From a virus: DNA of 64,000 nucleotides. The translations under genes were made by a program, and so were the position numbers. Positions 1 to 7,486 of the stretch are shown piece by piece. Below the pieces are notes generated by a model that was not told where the DNA came from, made no database searches, and saw only the letters and a list, made by a program, of their open reading frames with translations. The stretch covers positions 1 to 64,000 of IMG/VR virus record IMGVR_UViG_3300031576_000008. One strand, written 5' to 3'. Positions within the stretch are counted from its first letter, which is position 1. The number at the start of each line of letters is the position of its first letter.

Positions 1-128
1 TAGCGCTCTGCCTTTGAGCTACGGTGGCCCGAGGTCCATCACGCAGATGGAGCTTGGTGCCACCGGCTGGGATTCGAACCCAGCACCCTCTCGATTATGA
101 ATCGAAGAAACCTCGTTCTGCAGCCCCG
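1..128 (-). ncRNA. Y-RNA (YrlA)-like ncRNA with circularly permuted tRNA domain (3' end runs off window)
   Basis: Minus strand order: GGGGCTGCAG.., CAU anticodon arm, T arm (TTCGAAT), CGGTGGC-ACCA, hairpin linker, then GCCACCG plus D arm. The tRNA 3' half precedes the 5' half. Confidence 0.6.
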
Positions 129-134
129 AATGTT

Positions 135-253
135 TGGTGCGGGCAATAGTGACCAAGGAAATGCCTGCGCGTCACAGGCTTGCGTCTACTGGCGCTTAGC
201 CTTTCGGCCAGCACTCCAGTTCCTAATGAAGTAACCTCGATCGGCAGCCCGCA
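135..253 (-). ncRNA. Y-RNA-like ncRNA (non-tRNA core), CCA-ended
   Basis: Terminal stem TGCGGGC/GCCCGCA+CCA and inner stem GATCGAGG/CCTTGGTC. Shares 5' motif GGGCTGCMG-N2-CG-N-GG-N-TWCTTC with 1-128 and 6905-7028. Confidence 0.5.
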
Positions 254-258
254 ATGTT

Positions 259-334
259 TGGTACCCTCGGCGGGGCTCGAACCCGCATGGGCCTGCTTAG
301 AAGGCAGGTGGCCATCCAATTGGCCGACGAGGGC
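259..334 (-). tRNA. tRNA-Arg(UCU)
   Basis: Cloverleaf, anticodon loop CTTCTAA, CCA. Confidence 0.9.
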
Positions 335-340
335 GAATGT

Positions 341-419
341 TTGCTCCAGAGGCAGGAGTCGAACCTGCGACCTTCCGGTTAACAGCCGGTTGCGGCAAAC
401 CGACAGCCGCCTCTCTGGA
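341..419 (-). tRNA. tRNA-Asn(GUU), atypical D arm, ends CAA
   Basis: TCCAGAG/CTCTGGA acceptor, loop CTGTTAA. Confidence 0.8.
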
Positions 420-420
420 A

Positions 421-494
421 TGGAGCTCACGCCCGGACTTGAACCGGGATCACCGCTTTACGAAAGCGGTAGACTGCCATTGTCCTACGCGAGC
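421..494 (-). tRNA. tRNA-Thr(CGU)
   Basis: Cloverleaf, loop TTCGTAA, CCA. Confidence 0.9.
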
Positions 495-500
495 GAATAT

Positions 501-576
501 TGGAGGGCATGGCGGGTGCCGACCCCGCTCATAGCCGCTTTGCAGGCGGCCGCGTTTGCCGATTCGCCACATGCCC
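501..576 (-). tRNA. tRNA-Cys(GCA), non-canonical T loop
   Basis: Loop CTGCAAA, U73, CCA, T loop GTCGGCA. Confidence 0.85.
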
Positions 577-577
577 A

Positions 578-673
578 TGGCGGAGGAGGCCGGTGCTGCC
601 CCGGCAACGCCCGTTTGTGCGAGCGGCACGTTTAGCAAACGTGTGCGGCCACCTAACTATCCGCGTCTCCTCC
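578..673 (-). tRNA. tRNA-Ser(GCU)
   Basis: Long variable arm, loop TTGCTAA, G73, CCA. Confidence 0.85.
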
Positions 674-1046
674 GTAATCCTTTGGCATAACGCCATTCGC
701 GTGTGCTGGTGTTGTGAGCTTCACGACATGTATCGCACCGACATCCGCAGGTGTACTTGTTTTGCGTACCATGCGGAGCGGCATTCCAGCGATCTTCGGC
801 GGTTTTCTTCTTGTGGCACTTTTTGCAAAGAACTTGACACTTCGCCAGCTCCGCTTCGCGCCGTGCTTTGCTCCATGACCAGACCTTATGATCGACCTTC
901 TTCAACGGGTCGATGTGATCCAGTTGAAGGTCATTCCATGAGCCGCACCGCCGACACGGTCCATGTCGCTGGAACCATTCCTCTCTGCGTCGCTGGAGCC
1001 ATTGTCCCTGATAAGAGCGTTGCCTCGTCTGGTCAGTATATGGCAT
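657..1046 (-). CDS. HNH endonuclease
   Basis: CxxC..LQLDH..CQVLCxxCH motif. Start reassigned to MPYTDQ because the upstream part of the ORF is tRNA. Confidence 0.85.
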   Translation of the reverse strand: MPYTDQTRQRSYQGQWLQRRREEWFQRHGPCRRCGSWNDLQLDHIDPLKKVDHKVWSWSKARREAELAKCQVLCKKCHKKKTAEDRWNAAPHGTQNKYTCGCRCDTCREAHNTSTREWRYAKGLRRRRG

Positions 1047-1081
1047 GCGGTTCATGTACAGCTTTTTCCGCCAGCTGTCAA

Positions 1082-1172
1082 TGGAGGAAGGGGCCGGATT
1101 CGAACCGGCGGAGCTTTTACGCCCTCTCGTTTTCCAAACGAGTACCCGCAGCCAAACCGGGACGTCCCTTCC
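1082..1172 (-). tRNA. tRNA-Ser(GGA)
   Basis: Long variable arm, loop TTGGAAA, CCA. Confidence 0.85.
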
Positions 1173-1198
1173 AGAAGTGCCCAACGCCTCCAAAGTTT

Positions 1199-1283
1199 TG
1201 GCGGAAGCCGGAGTATTCGAAACCCAGCCCGAAGGGCCCATCTGCTTTCAAGGCAGCGCCGTCACCTCGACGGTTCAGCTTCC
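1199..1283 (-). tRNA. tRNA-Ser(UGA)
   Basis: Long variable arm, loop CTTGAAA, CCA. Confidence 0.8.
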
Positions 1284-1585
1284 AGATACTCGACGATCAC
1301 ATCTCCGTGACACTTCTCGGGAGAGCAGAAGCAGCCAAGTGTCTTCCCTCGCAGCGTCTCGATCCGCTGCTTGAATCCTGAGACCGTCTTGAGTCTCTCA
1401 TAGAACCAGATCTTGTACTTCAGGATGACCTCTTCCCGGGTGCCATCCCGGCCGATCCGGAACGGATTGCCGAAGTAGCCGTAGGTAACTTTCTGCGTGA
1501 CCATGCCGGGTTCTACAACTGCTCCCGACCGGCCGATGTAGACGTCGTACTTCTCTTTCTTCACATGCACGACTCGTGTCTTCAT
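1262..1585 (-). CDS. DUF4326-family protein
   Basis: YDVYIGR..GNPF..LRGKTLGCFC..CHGDVI signature. Confidence 0.85.
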   Translation of the reverse strand: MKTRVVHVKKEKYDVYIGRSGAVVEPGMVTQKVTYGYFGNPFRIGRDGTREEVILKYKIWFYERLKTVSGFKQRIETLRGKTLGCFCSPEKCHGDVIVEYLEAEPSR

Positions 1586-1599
1586 GCCTTCTCCAAAGA

Positions 1600-1685
1600 T
1601 GGCGGAAGGTGGGAGATTCGAACTCCCAAGCCAGTGACGGCTCTCGCTTTCGAGACGAGGGGGCTTGCCAATGCCCAAACCTTCC
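1600..1685 (-). tRNA. tRNA-Ser(CGA)
   Basis: Long variable arm, loop CTCGAAA, CCA. Confidence 0.85.
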
Positions 1686-1858
1686 TAGAGCTTCCCGAGT
1701 TCCTCGAGATGCAGCGCCAGATTCTCGAGCTGGCGGACACGTTCGCGGGTGACCTTGAGCTCTTGACCGATCTCGTAGAGGGTCTTCCCCGCTCGTCGCA
1801 GCTTCAAGACGCGCTTCATCCGCCGGCGTGCCTCCGGCGTGATCCTGTCATATGCCAT
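1685..1858 (-). CDS. 57-aa stand-alone sigma-70 region 4 (HTH) protein
   Basis: Manual translation MAYDRITPEARRRMKRVLKLRRAGKTLYEIGQELKVTRERVRQLENLALHLEELGKL. GAGGA RBS. Not in the ORF track. Confidence 0.8.
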   Translation of the reverse strand: MAYDRITPEARRRMKRVLKLRRAGKTLYEIGQELKVTRERVRQLENLALHLEELGKL

Positions 1859-1872
1859 TGAATCCTCAAGAT

Positions 1873-1946
1873 TGGTGCCTGCGGGTGGAGTCGCACCACC
1901 GTCTGCTCCTTATGAGAGAGCCAGTCTGCTGTTGACCTACGCAGGC
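1873..1946 (-). tRNA. tRNA-CAU (elongator Met or Ile2)
   Basis: Loop CTCATAA, fully paired acceptor, CCA. Confidence 0.85.
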
Positions 1947-2323
1947 TTGTAGTTCTTGATCTCTTCCCGGATCCGCGCCTCGACACACTTCTCGGGACCC
2001 TTGCAGCTCCAGCTGCCGCCACACATGACGCAGATGGCGTCGTCAGCTCCGGCGTCGTCTAGAATCTTCAGGAGCTCATTGAGCTTCTTCTTCCAGAAGT
2101 CGCTCGGCGGCTTGTCCATCGGCTCCTTCGGATGGTCGATGATCTCCTGCTCGATCCTGTCGAAGCCGCAGTCCTTATGCGGACCGGACTGCAGGCAGAC
2201 CGGGCATTCGCCCTTCTCATCCATCCGCCGGTAGCAGCCTTCCCGAAGTTCGTAGAGCTTCGTCCTCCAGAAGTCGAATGGGCCCGGTCCAACGAGCTCG
2301 GTCTTGATGAATGGGCTGTCCAT
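1937..2323 (-). CDS. Hypothetical protein with internally duplicated Cys-rich module
   Basis: DFW-x-x-KL..CxxC..C..RI-x-x-EI present twice. GGAGG RBS. Confidence 0.7.
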   Translation of the reverse strand: MDSPFIKTELVGPGPFDFWRTKLYELREGCYRRMDEKGECPVCLQSGPHKDCGFDRIEQEIIDHPKEPMDKPPSDFWKKKLNELLKILDDAGADDAICVMCGGSWSCKGPEKCVEARIREEIKNYKPA

Positions 2324-2340
2324 GATTGCCTCCGAAGATT

Positions 2341-2414
2341 TGGAGCCCTCGGGGAGATTCGCACTCCCATCGCTTGGATACAAGCCAAGCAGACTGCTGT
2401 TGTCCTACGAGGGC
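2341..2414 (-). tRNA. tRNA-Thr(UGU)
   Basis: Loop CTTGTAT, CCA. Confidence 0.85.
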
Positions 2415-2418
2415 TGGA

Positions 2419-2793
2419 TTACCTCGGATGCTCCGCGTGATAGCGAGTCATCCGCACAGCCTGATGCGTCCGACATCTTTCACACCGGCATCCACGATCG
2501 TAGCCACCGCGAGTCCCATGGGTGATCGGACGCCATGCTTCTTGTGCTGTTTTCTCCTTATGGCACTCGGCACAGAGAACCTGACACTTTCGCAATTCCT
2601 CTTCTCTGCGCTTTCGCGACCAAGACCAGATTCGATGATTGACCTTGGTCTTTGGATCTCGATGATCGACTTGAAGATCATTCCAGCTTCCACATAGAAC
2701 ACATGACCCATTTTCTTGGAGCCATGCCGCTCTATTGGAAGCGGCCCTGAGCCGTTGGTACTCACGGTGCTTTGCCGGATCCTTGTAGGGCAT
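2419..2793 (-). CDS. HNH endonuclease (paralog of 657-1046)
   Basis: CVLCGSWNDLQVDH..CQVLCAECH, C-terminal HGT..GCRC. Confidence 0.85.
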   Translation of the reverse strand: MPYKDPAKHREYQRLRAASNRAAWLQENGSCVLCGSWNDLQVDHRDPKTKVNHRIWSWSRKRREEELRKCQVLCAECHKEKTAQEAWRPITHGTRGGYDRGCRCERCRTHQAVRMTRYHAEHPR

Positions 2794-2834
2794 GCTGGGT
2801 TATAGCACAACTTACGGCTCCATAGCCAGAAGAC

Positions 2835-2908
2835 TGGAGCCAACAGCGGGAGTCGAACCCGCGTTTCCGCTTTACCGAAGCGGTGTCTTGCCGTTAGACG
2901 ATGCTGGC
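2835..2908 (-). tRNA. tRNA-Thr(GGU)
   Basis: Loop TCGGTAA (C33), CCA. Confidence 0.85.
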
Positions 2909-2911
2909 GAG

Positions 2912-2985
2912 TGGTCCCCGCTGGCGGAGTTGAACCACCGTCTCGTGCATGTCACGCACGTGTTCTACCGCTGAACTAAGCGGGG
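2912..2985 (-). tRNA. tRNA-Val(GAC)
   Basis: Loop GTGACAT, CCA. Confidence 0.85.
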
Positions 2986-2986
2986 A

Positions 2987-3063
2987 TGGTCAGGGCACCG
3001 AGATTCGAACTCGGACTACCAGTCCCCCAGACTGGCGTGCTAACCATTGAACACTATGCCCTG
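2987..3063 (-). tRNA. tRNA-Pro(GGG)
   Basis: Loop CTGGGGG, C1-G72, CCA. Confidence 0.9.
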
Positions 3064-3221
3064 ATGTTCTTCGGAGGCGGAATCGGGGGGAAGCCCTTGG
3101 GGACCTTGCATACGATGGTCGCCCCGAGGGCCTTGGCGACTTCCTTCGGATCGATGCGCTCGGCTTTCGGGCCGATGTCGACGATCTTCGGATACGTCTT
3201 GCCGGTGTCCTTGATACTCAT
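3054..3221 (-). CDS. 55-aa hypothetical protein
   Basis: MSIKDTGKTYPK...PPPKNIRA*. AAGGA RBS and phage-like codon use. Confidence 0.6.
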   Translation of the reverse strand: MSIKDTGKTYPKIVDIGPKAERIDPKEVAKALGATIVCKVPKGFPPIPPPKNIRA

Positions 3222-3238
3222 GAGAATCCTTTCAGGAT

Positions 3239-3315
3239 TGGGGTAAGCGACGGGGATCGAACCCGCACCTCTTGGGCCACAACCAAGCGTGCAGAACCAC
3301 TACACCACGCCTACC
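3239..3315 (-). tRNA. tRNA-His(GUG) with encoded G-1
   Basis: Loop TTGTGGC, G-1:C73, CCA. Confidence 0.9.
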
Positions 3316-3326
3316 GTGTAAAAGAT

Positions 3327-3400
3327 TGGTGCGCCTCACTGGTTATGCTCCAGTGTCTGGCGGTTATCAGCCGCCTGTTCTTCTATTGAACTAGAGGCGC
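3327..3400 (-). tRNA. tRNA-Ile(GAU), non-canonical T loop
   Basis: Loop CTGATAA, T loop AGCATAA, CCA. Confidence 0.8.
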
Positions 3401-3401
3401 A

Positions 3402-3476
3402 TGGAGCGGCTGAGGGGACTTGAACCCCCACTATCCACCATGGCAAGGTGGTGCCCTACCATTGGGCTACAGCCGC
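3402..3476 (-). tRNA. tRNA-Gly(GCC)
   Basis: Loop TTGCCAT, U73, CCA. Confidence 0.9.
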
Positions 3477-3485
3477 ATGATTTTC

Positions 3486-3559
3486 TAGCTGGGGCAGAAG
3501 GATTCGCACCTTCACAACCGGGTTCAAGGCCCGGTGGGCTACTGTTACCCGATGCCCCA
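3486..3559 (-). tRNA. tRNA-Gln(UUG), ends CUA
   Basis: Loop CCTTGAA, U1-A72, G73. Confidence 0.8.
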
Positions 3560-3560
3560 G

Positions 3561-3648
3561 TGGTGCCGGAGAGAGGAATCGAACCTCCAAGGTCCAAAAG
3601 GACTACGGCTTTACAGGCCGCTGAGCCCACCTCCTGCTCAACTCCGGC
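3561..3648 (-). tRNA. tRNA-Tyr(GUA)
   Basis: Long variable arm, loop CTGTAAA, CCA. Confidence 0.85.
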
Positions 3649-3649
3649 A

Positions 3650-3675
3650 TGAGGAGACGACGGGATTTGCACCGT
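3650..3675 (-). pseudogene. tRNA 3' remnant (T loop plus acceptor strand)
   Basis: CGGTGCAAATCCCGTCGTCTCCTCA without a 5' half. Confidence 0.4.
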
Positions 3676-4172
3676 TAAGATTGGTGGACCGTGCGGGAAC
3701 CGCCCCCGCCTATGCCTGCTTGCAAAGCAGGTGAGACCCTATTGCCTCCCACGGCCCGTTGATGTGTTCTTTCTGCATGACAATTAGCACAAACCACCTC
3801 GCACTTTTTCATCTCTGCGCGGAGCGCTTTCTCTGTGGAGTTCCCGTGAGCAAAGAATGAGACATTTCCCAACTTCGTCCCATTCTCAGGCAAATGATCA
3901 AAGTGCATGACCCATGAAGAATACGACTTTCCGCAGTCAGCGCAGGGTCGTCGCTTCTCTTCATCTGCGATCCGCTGAAATCGTTGTCTTCTCTCCTGAT
4001 TATGAATGACAGATTGCCTGATGTGTTCCGCTCTGCTTCGAGGATTAGAATACCAGCGTTTCCAGTATTTCTGCTGACACTCTCGACAGCAGGAGTTCCT
4101 GCCCTTGCCCTTTCGGCTAAACTCTTTGACGAATTTCTTGCGATCGCATTTGCCGCATCGCTTTTTCTCCAC
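3675..4172 (-). CDS. HNH endonuclease
   Basis: CxxC N-terminus, CADCG..MHFDH..CEVVCANCH. Confidence 0.8.
   Translation of the reverse strand: MEKKRCGKCDRKKFVKEFSRKGKGRNSCCRECQQKYWKRWYSNPRSRAEHIRQSVIHNQERRQRFQRIADEEKRRPCADCGKSYSSWVMHFDHLPENGTKLGNVSFFAHGNSTEKALRAEMKKCEVVCANCHAERTHQRAVGGNRVSPALQAGIGGGGSRTVHQS
3682..3757 (-). tRNA. tRNA-Ala(UGC)
   Basis: G3:U70, loop TTTGCAA, CCA. Lies entirely inside the HNH ORF. Confidence 0.8.
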
Positions 4173-4244
4173 AAGACAAGCATATCATAGAGTTGCAGCC
4201 TTTAATGCGTGCAAGTCACGAATCCTTCTGTTGAACGACAGGCC

Positions 4245-4850
4245 CTAATTGACGATCTCGCACGCTGCGAACTTGACATGCCTCCATTTCTCGTTCAGCT
4301 TGGCCCGGTACTCGCTGTACTTGGATCTCCACACCGTCTCCTTGGAGACGTAGCGGAGCGACAGATGCTTGGCGTCCGCCTGCGGCACAACGATCTTGCA
4401 CTTCTTGACACCAGCCTCGATGCAGAAGTCCTCAACGCAGCAATGGAAGCTGTCGAAGGTCTTGTCATCGAAGCGCAGTCCGCTTTGCCGGCGGAAGAAG
4501 ACCGAACACGAGTCGAGCGTCGAGACTTCGGCGGGGCGTCCCTGCGAGAAGGCGTTCTCCCCCTTGATCGTCCGGCCATGCATGCCGGCAACCGACCCTT
4601 GGATGGCCGCCGCCGCGAAGATCGCGATCGCGCCGGGACCGAAGACCGTGTCGGCGTGGACGATGCCAAGCACGTCGCCGCGCGCATGGTCGATGTAGTA
4701 ATTCCCAATCTTGCCCAGTCCCCCGAAGATGCCGCTTGGGTTGGACACGAGAATCAGCTCATCAACGACTGGAATCACATGCTGGGACTGGAATTCCCCC
4801 AACTCCTTGCTGTTGGCAGCCAGCACGACCAAGCTGATGGTTGGCTTCAT
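4245..4850 (-). CDS. Glycosyltransferase-like protein (GT-A fold)
   Basis: ARGDVLGIVHAD motif, TLD..FDxxTFDSFH. Confidence 0.6.
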   Translation of the reverse strand: MKPTISLVVLAANSKELGEFQSQHVIPVVDELILVSNPSGIFGGLGKIGNYYIDHARGDVLGIVHADTVFGPGAIAIFAAAAIQGSVAGMHGRTIKGENAFSQGRPAEVSTLDSCSVFFRRQSGLRFDDKTFDSFHCCVEDFCIEAGVKKCKIVVPQADAKHLSLRYVSKETVWRSKYSEYRAKLNEKWRHVKFAACEIVN

Positions 4851-4856
4851 AGGTCG

Positions 4857-5582
4857 TCACCGGATGACCGGCCTCGACTTCTTGAGCGCGTCCATGAAGA
4901 CCTTGCGATAAGGATTCGCAGGATCGTTATGGATGCCCCATCCATTCTGCCGATTATCGTCGCTCTGGCGATTCCACCGGCCGGCACGTTTGGTCTCGAG
5001 AAACTCCGGCCCCATGTAATGGTAATGAAGGAGCTTGATGTCGGGTTGCATGCTCTCTTTGACTTTTCCACTGGTCTGGCACTTGTGGCTGCCGGGACCG
5101 AAGGTCACGTCGATGACGGGATTGAAGCACACCCGCTTCGCGTAAAACGCGTCGGGGAATCCCATCTTGCAATGGGTAAAGATGCTGGCATCCCGCTTTG
5201 GGAAGATGGGAGACACCATCTCGTACCCGTCGATCTTGGGGAAGGTGATGCCCCACGCTTTGTATGACTCCAGAAGAGGTGGCAGGCTTGGATAGTGGTA
5301 CAGGAACTCGTCCACATCCACGACCATCACCCAATCGGCCTTGCCACGGGACTCCATCCATGCGGTGTTCCGGATCTCCGTCAGCCGCCTCTCCACGTAC
5401 TTGCCGCCGGTATCGAAGACGATGCGCTTCGTCTTCGGATGGCCATCGATGATCTTTGCGGACTTGTCGGTGCTCTGGTTGTCGTAGATGACGATCTTCT
5501 CGGCGAACGAGCCGTAGTATTGCAGGAAGAAGGGGAGCATCTTCTCCTCGTTCCAGCAGACGGTGTAAACGTGGATGATCAT
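4857..5582 (-). CDS. Glycosyltransferase family 2
   Basis: WNEE..IYDNQSTD..DWVMVVDVDEF..LLHYHY. Confidence 0.85.
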   Translation of the reverse strand: MIIHVYTVCWNEEKMLPFFLQYYGSFAEKIVIYDNQSTDKSAKIIDGHPKTKRIVFDTGGKYVERRLTEIRNTAWMESRGKADWVMVVDVDEFLYHYPSLPPLLESYKAWGITFPKIDGYEMVSPIFPKRDASIFTHCKMGFPDAFYAKRVCFNPVIDVTFGPGSHKCQTSGKVKESMQPDIKLLHYHYMGPEFLETKRAGRWNRQSDDNRQNGWGIHNDPANPYRKVFMDALKKSRPVIR

Positions 5583-6173
5583 CTACTTGATCCACCAGCA
5601 GCATTCGTAGTTGCAGATCTCGATTTTTCTTTCTCCGGCCACTTCGGACACGGCCTTCTGTACGCCATCGGCCCAGAGGTCGTCGCCGACGATCCGCGCC
5701 TTGGGGAAGAGGGACAACGTCATCTCGATGTCGGCGCGGACGGATGCGTACTCGTGGTCGGCGTCGATGTAGACCAGATCCGGCATGATGTTGAGACTGC
5801 GGACCAAGCGGAGTCCCGAAATGGTGTTCATCCGCAGGGGGATGATCTGGTTGCGATATGCCCAGCAGCTTGCCAGAAATGTCTCATACAGGGCCGGGAG
5901 GTGCTTCCTCCACTCCTTGTCCTCGTGGCATGCCGCCGATCCAAGCCAGTGATCGATCGCGATGATGGCGGCCTTCGGCGCGGTCTTGGCAAGGAACCGG
6001 GTGGAGAGCCCAAGCCACGAGCCCAGCTCGACGATGACCTTGAACTTCGGCTTGATGATCGCGGTCAGGACTTCACGGTTGGCGACGCCAAACCAACCGT
6101 GGTTGGATTTTGGCACCAGCGGCGGCTTGGGAGGGAACGAGAATCTCCTCCTTAGTTCTGCTAGACCGTCCAT
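5583..6173 (-). CDS. Class I SAM methyltransferase (Methyltransf_24-like)
   Basis: VELGSWLGLST, DLVYIDADHEY..VGDD. Confidence 0.85.
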   Translation of the reverse strand: MDGLAELRRRFSFPPKPPLVPKSNHGWFGVANREVLTAIIKPKFKVIVELGSWLGLSTRFLAKTAPKAAIIAIDHWLGSAACHEDKEWRKHLPALYETFLASCWAYRNQIIPLRMNTISGLRLVRSLNIMPDLVYIDADHEYASVRADIEMTLSLFPKARIVGDDLWADGVQKAVSEVAGERKIEICNYECCWWIK

Positions 6174-6187
6174 GAAGTTATCTTACA

Positions 6188-6826
6188 ATGCCTTTCATGG
6201 ATAACGTCCTTCCTGCGCTGATCGACCAGCTGACGAAGACGCAGCCCCCGAAGCTTGTCGCCGACGTCGAGGGGATGATCTCCGCCCGGATCCAGACGCT
6301 TCTCAACCGGTGCGTCGCCGCTCTGCCGGCGACGGAGTCGTATCTCGAGATCGGCTGCTGGCAGGGAGCGTCGCTTATCTCCGCGCTCCTTGGCAACACC
6401 AAGGCCACCGCCCTCGCCTGTGACAATTTCGCCCAGTTCACGGAGGCGAATCCTAGGGACAAGTTCAAGGCGAATACCGCCCGGTATGCCGCCCGTCTTC
6501 CCAAGTTCACGTTCCACGAAGGAGACTGCTTCGAGCTCCCGAAGAAGCCGCTCTTCCCCAAGCCCGTCGGCATCTACTTCTACGACGGGGACCATTCGGA
6601 GATCAGCCAGATGCGGGCGCTCACGGAATTTCACACCGTCTTGGCCACGAACGTGGTCGTCATCGTGGACGACTGGAACTGGGACTACGTCCGCCGGGGG
6701 ACGTGGAAGGGCATCGACATCGTAAGGCCTAAGAACGTCTGGTTCCGCGACCTCCCGTCGAAGGGCAACTGCGACCTCGACGGCTTCTGGAATGGCATCG
6801 GCGCGTTCCATCTCGTGCTGCGCTAA
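6188..6826 (+). CDS. Class I SAM methyltransferase (Methyltransf_24-like), possible start 6197
   Basis: YLEIGCWQGAS, FYDGDH..IVDDWNW. Confidence 0.85.
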   Translation: MPFMDNVLPALIDQLTKTQPPKLVADVEGMISARIQTLLNRCVAALPATESYLEIGCWQGASLISALLGNTKATALACDNFAQFTEANPRDKFKANTARYAARLPKFTFHEGDCFELPKKPLFPKPVGIYFYDGDHSEISQMRALTEFHTVLATNVVVIVDDWNWDYVRRGTWKGIDIVRPKNVWFRDLPSKGNCDLDGFWNGIGAFHLVLR

Positions 6827-6827
6827 G

Positions 6828-6901
6828 TGGTGGACCCGAAGGGAATCGAACCCTCATCTGCCGATTGCGAACCGGCTGCTCTCCCGTTGAGCTACGGGCC
6901 C
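6828..6901 (-). tRNA. tRNA-Ala(CGC)
   Basis: G3:U70, loop TTCGCAA, CCA. Confidence 0.9.
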
Positions 6902-6904
6902 ATA

Positions 6905-7028
6905 TGGGGCAATTGTCGGTCACGGCCATTTAACGTGCTGCCATTACACCACGGCACCTTGCGGCACCGCCGGGACTCGAACCCGGACCTTTTCATTATG
7001 AGTGAAGTAGCCGCGACCTGCAGCCCCG
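6905..7028 (-). ncRNA. Y-RNA (YrlA)-like ncRNA with circularly permuted tRNA domain
   Basis: GGGGC/GCCCC and GGTCGCGGC/GCCGTGACC stems enclose a CAU arm, a T arm, an acceptor stem closed by a GCAA tetraloop, and then a D arm. Confidence 0.7.
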
Positions 7029-7034
7029 AATGTT

Positions 7035-7108
7035 TGGTGGACGCGGCGAGAGTCGCACTCGCAACTGCAGAATGCCATTCTGCTGTGATCCTGCTTCACC
7101 ACGCGCCC
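7035..7108 (-). tRNA. tRNA-Ala(GGC)
   Basis: G3:U70, loop ATGGCAT, CCA. Confidence 0.85.
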
Positions 7109-7169
7109 TATTGAACACCTGCCCGGGAGTTGCGATCCAGAGACCGCATTCAGCGGGCAGGGAGGAATT

Positions 7170-7244
7170 TGGTGGACGGTACAGGAATTGAACCTGTTCC
7201 TCCCGGTCTTCAGCCGGGCGCTCGACCATGTAAGCTAACCGTCC
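7170..7244 (-). tRNA. tRNA-Phe(GAA)
   Basis: Loop CTGAAGA, CCA. Confidence 0.9.
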
Positions 7245-7245
7245 G

Positions 7246-7322
7246 TGGTAGCGTAGGGTGGGAGTCAAACCCACTAGCTCCGGCTTATGAGACCGGCGAG
7301 GTCGTCGTGCCTCTCCCTCGCA
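7246..7322 (-). tRNA. tRNA-Met(CAU), initiator-like, atypical
   Basis: Loop CTCATAA, 1:72 mismatch, bulged acceptor. Confidence 0.65.
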
Positions 7323-7326
7323 AGAT

Positions 7327-7400
7327 TGGTAGCGGGCTACCGAGTCGCACGGTCACTCCAAGGTTATGAGCCTCGGCGAGGCACTCGCCTCAAACCCGCA
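7327..7400 (-). tRNA. tRNA-Met(CAU), initiator-like
   Basis: Loop CTCATAA, U1:U72 mismatch, CCA. Confidence 0.7.
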
Positions 7401-7409
7401 TCGTAATTT

Positions 7410-7483
7410 TGGCTGCCCCGGGAGGACTCGAACCTCCATCGCCTGATTCAGAGTCAGGAATGCTACCGTTACACCACAAGGCA
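7410..7483 (-). tRNA. tRNA-Gln(CUG)
   Basis: Loop CTCTGAA, CCA. Confidence 0.9.
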
Positions 7484-7486
7484 GAA

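Noticed and set aside
55-110. Ordinary tRNA-Met
   Set aside because: No upstream 5' half. The complementary acceptor strand and D arm lie downstream (permuted).
95-1381. ORF-track ORFs overlapping tRNA clusters
   Set aside because: Explained by tRNA/ncRNA sequence. Only the HNH and DUF4326 cores were kept.
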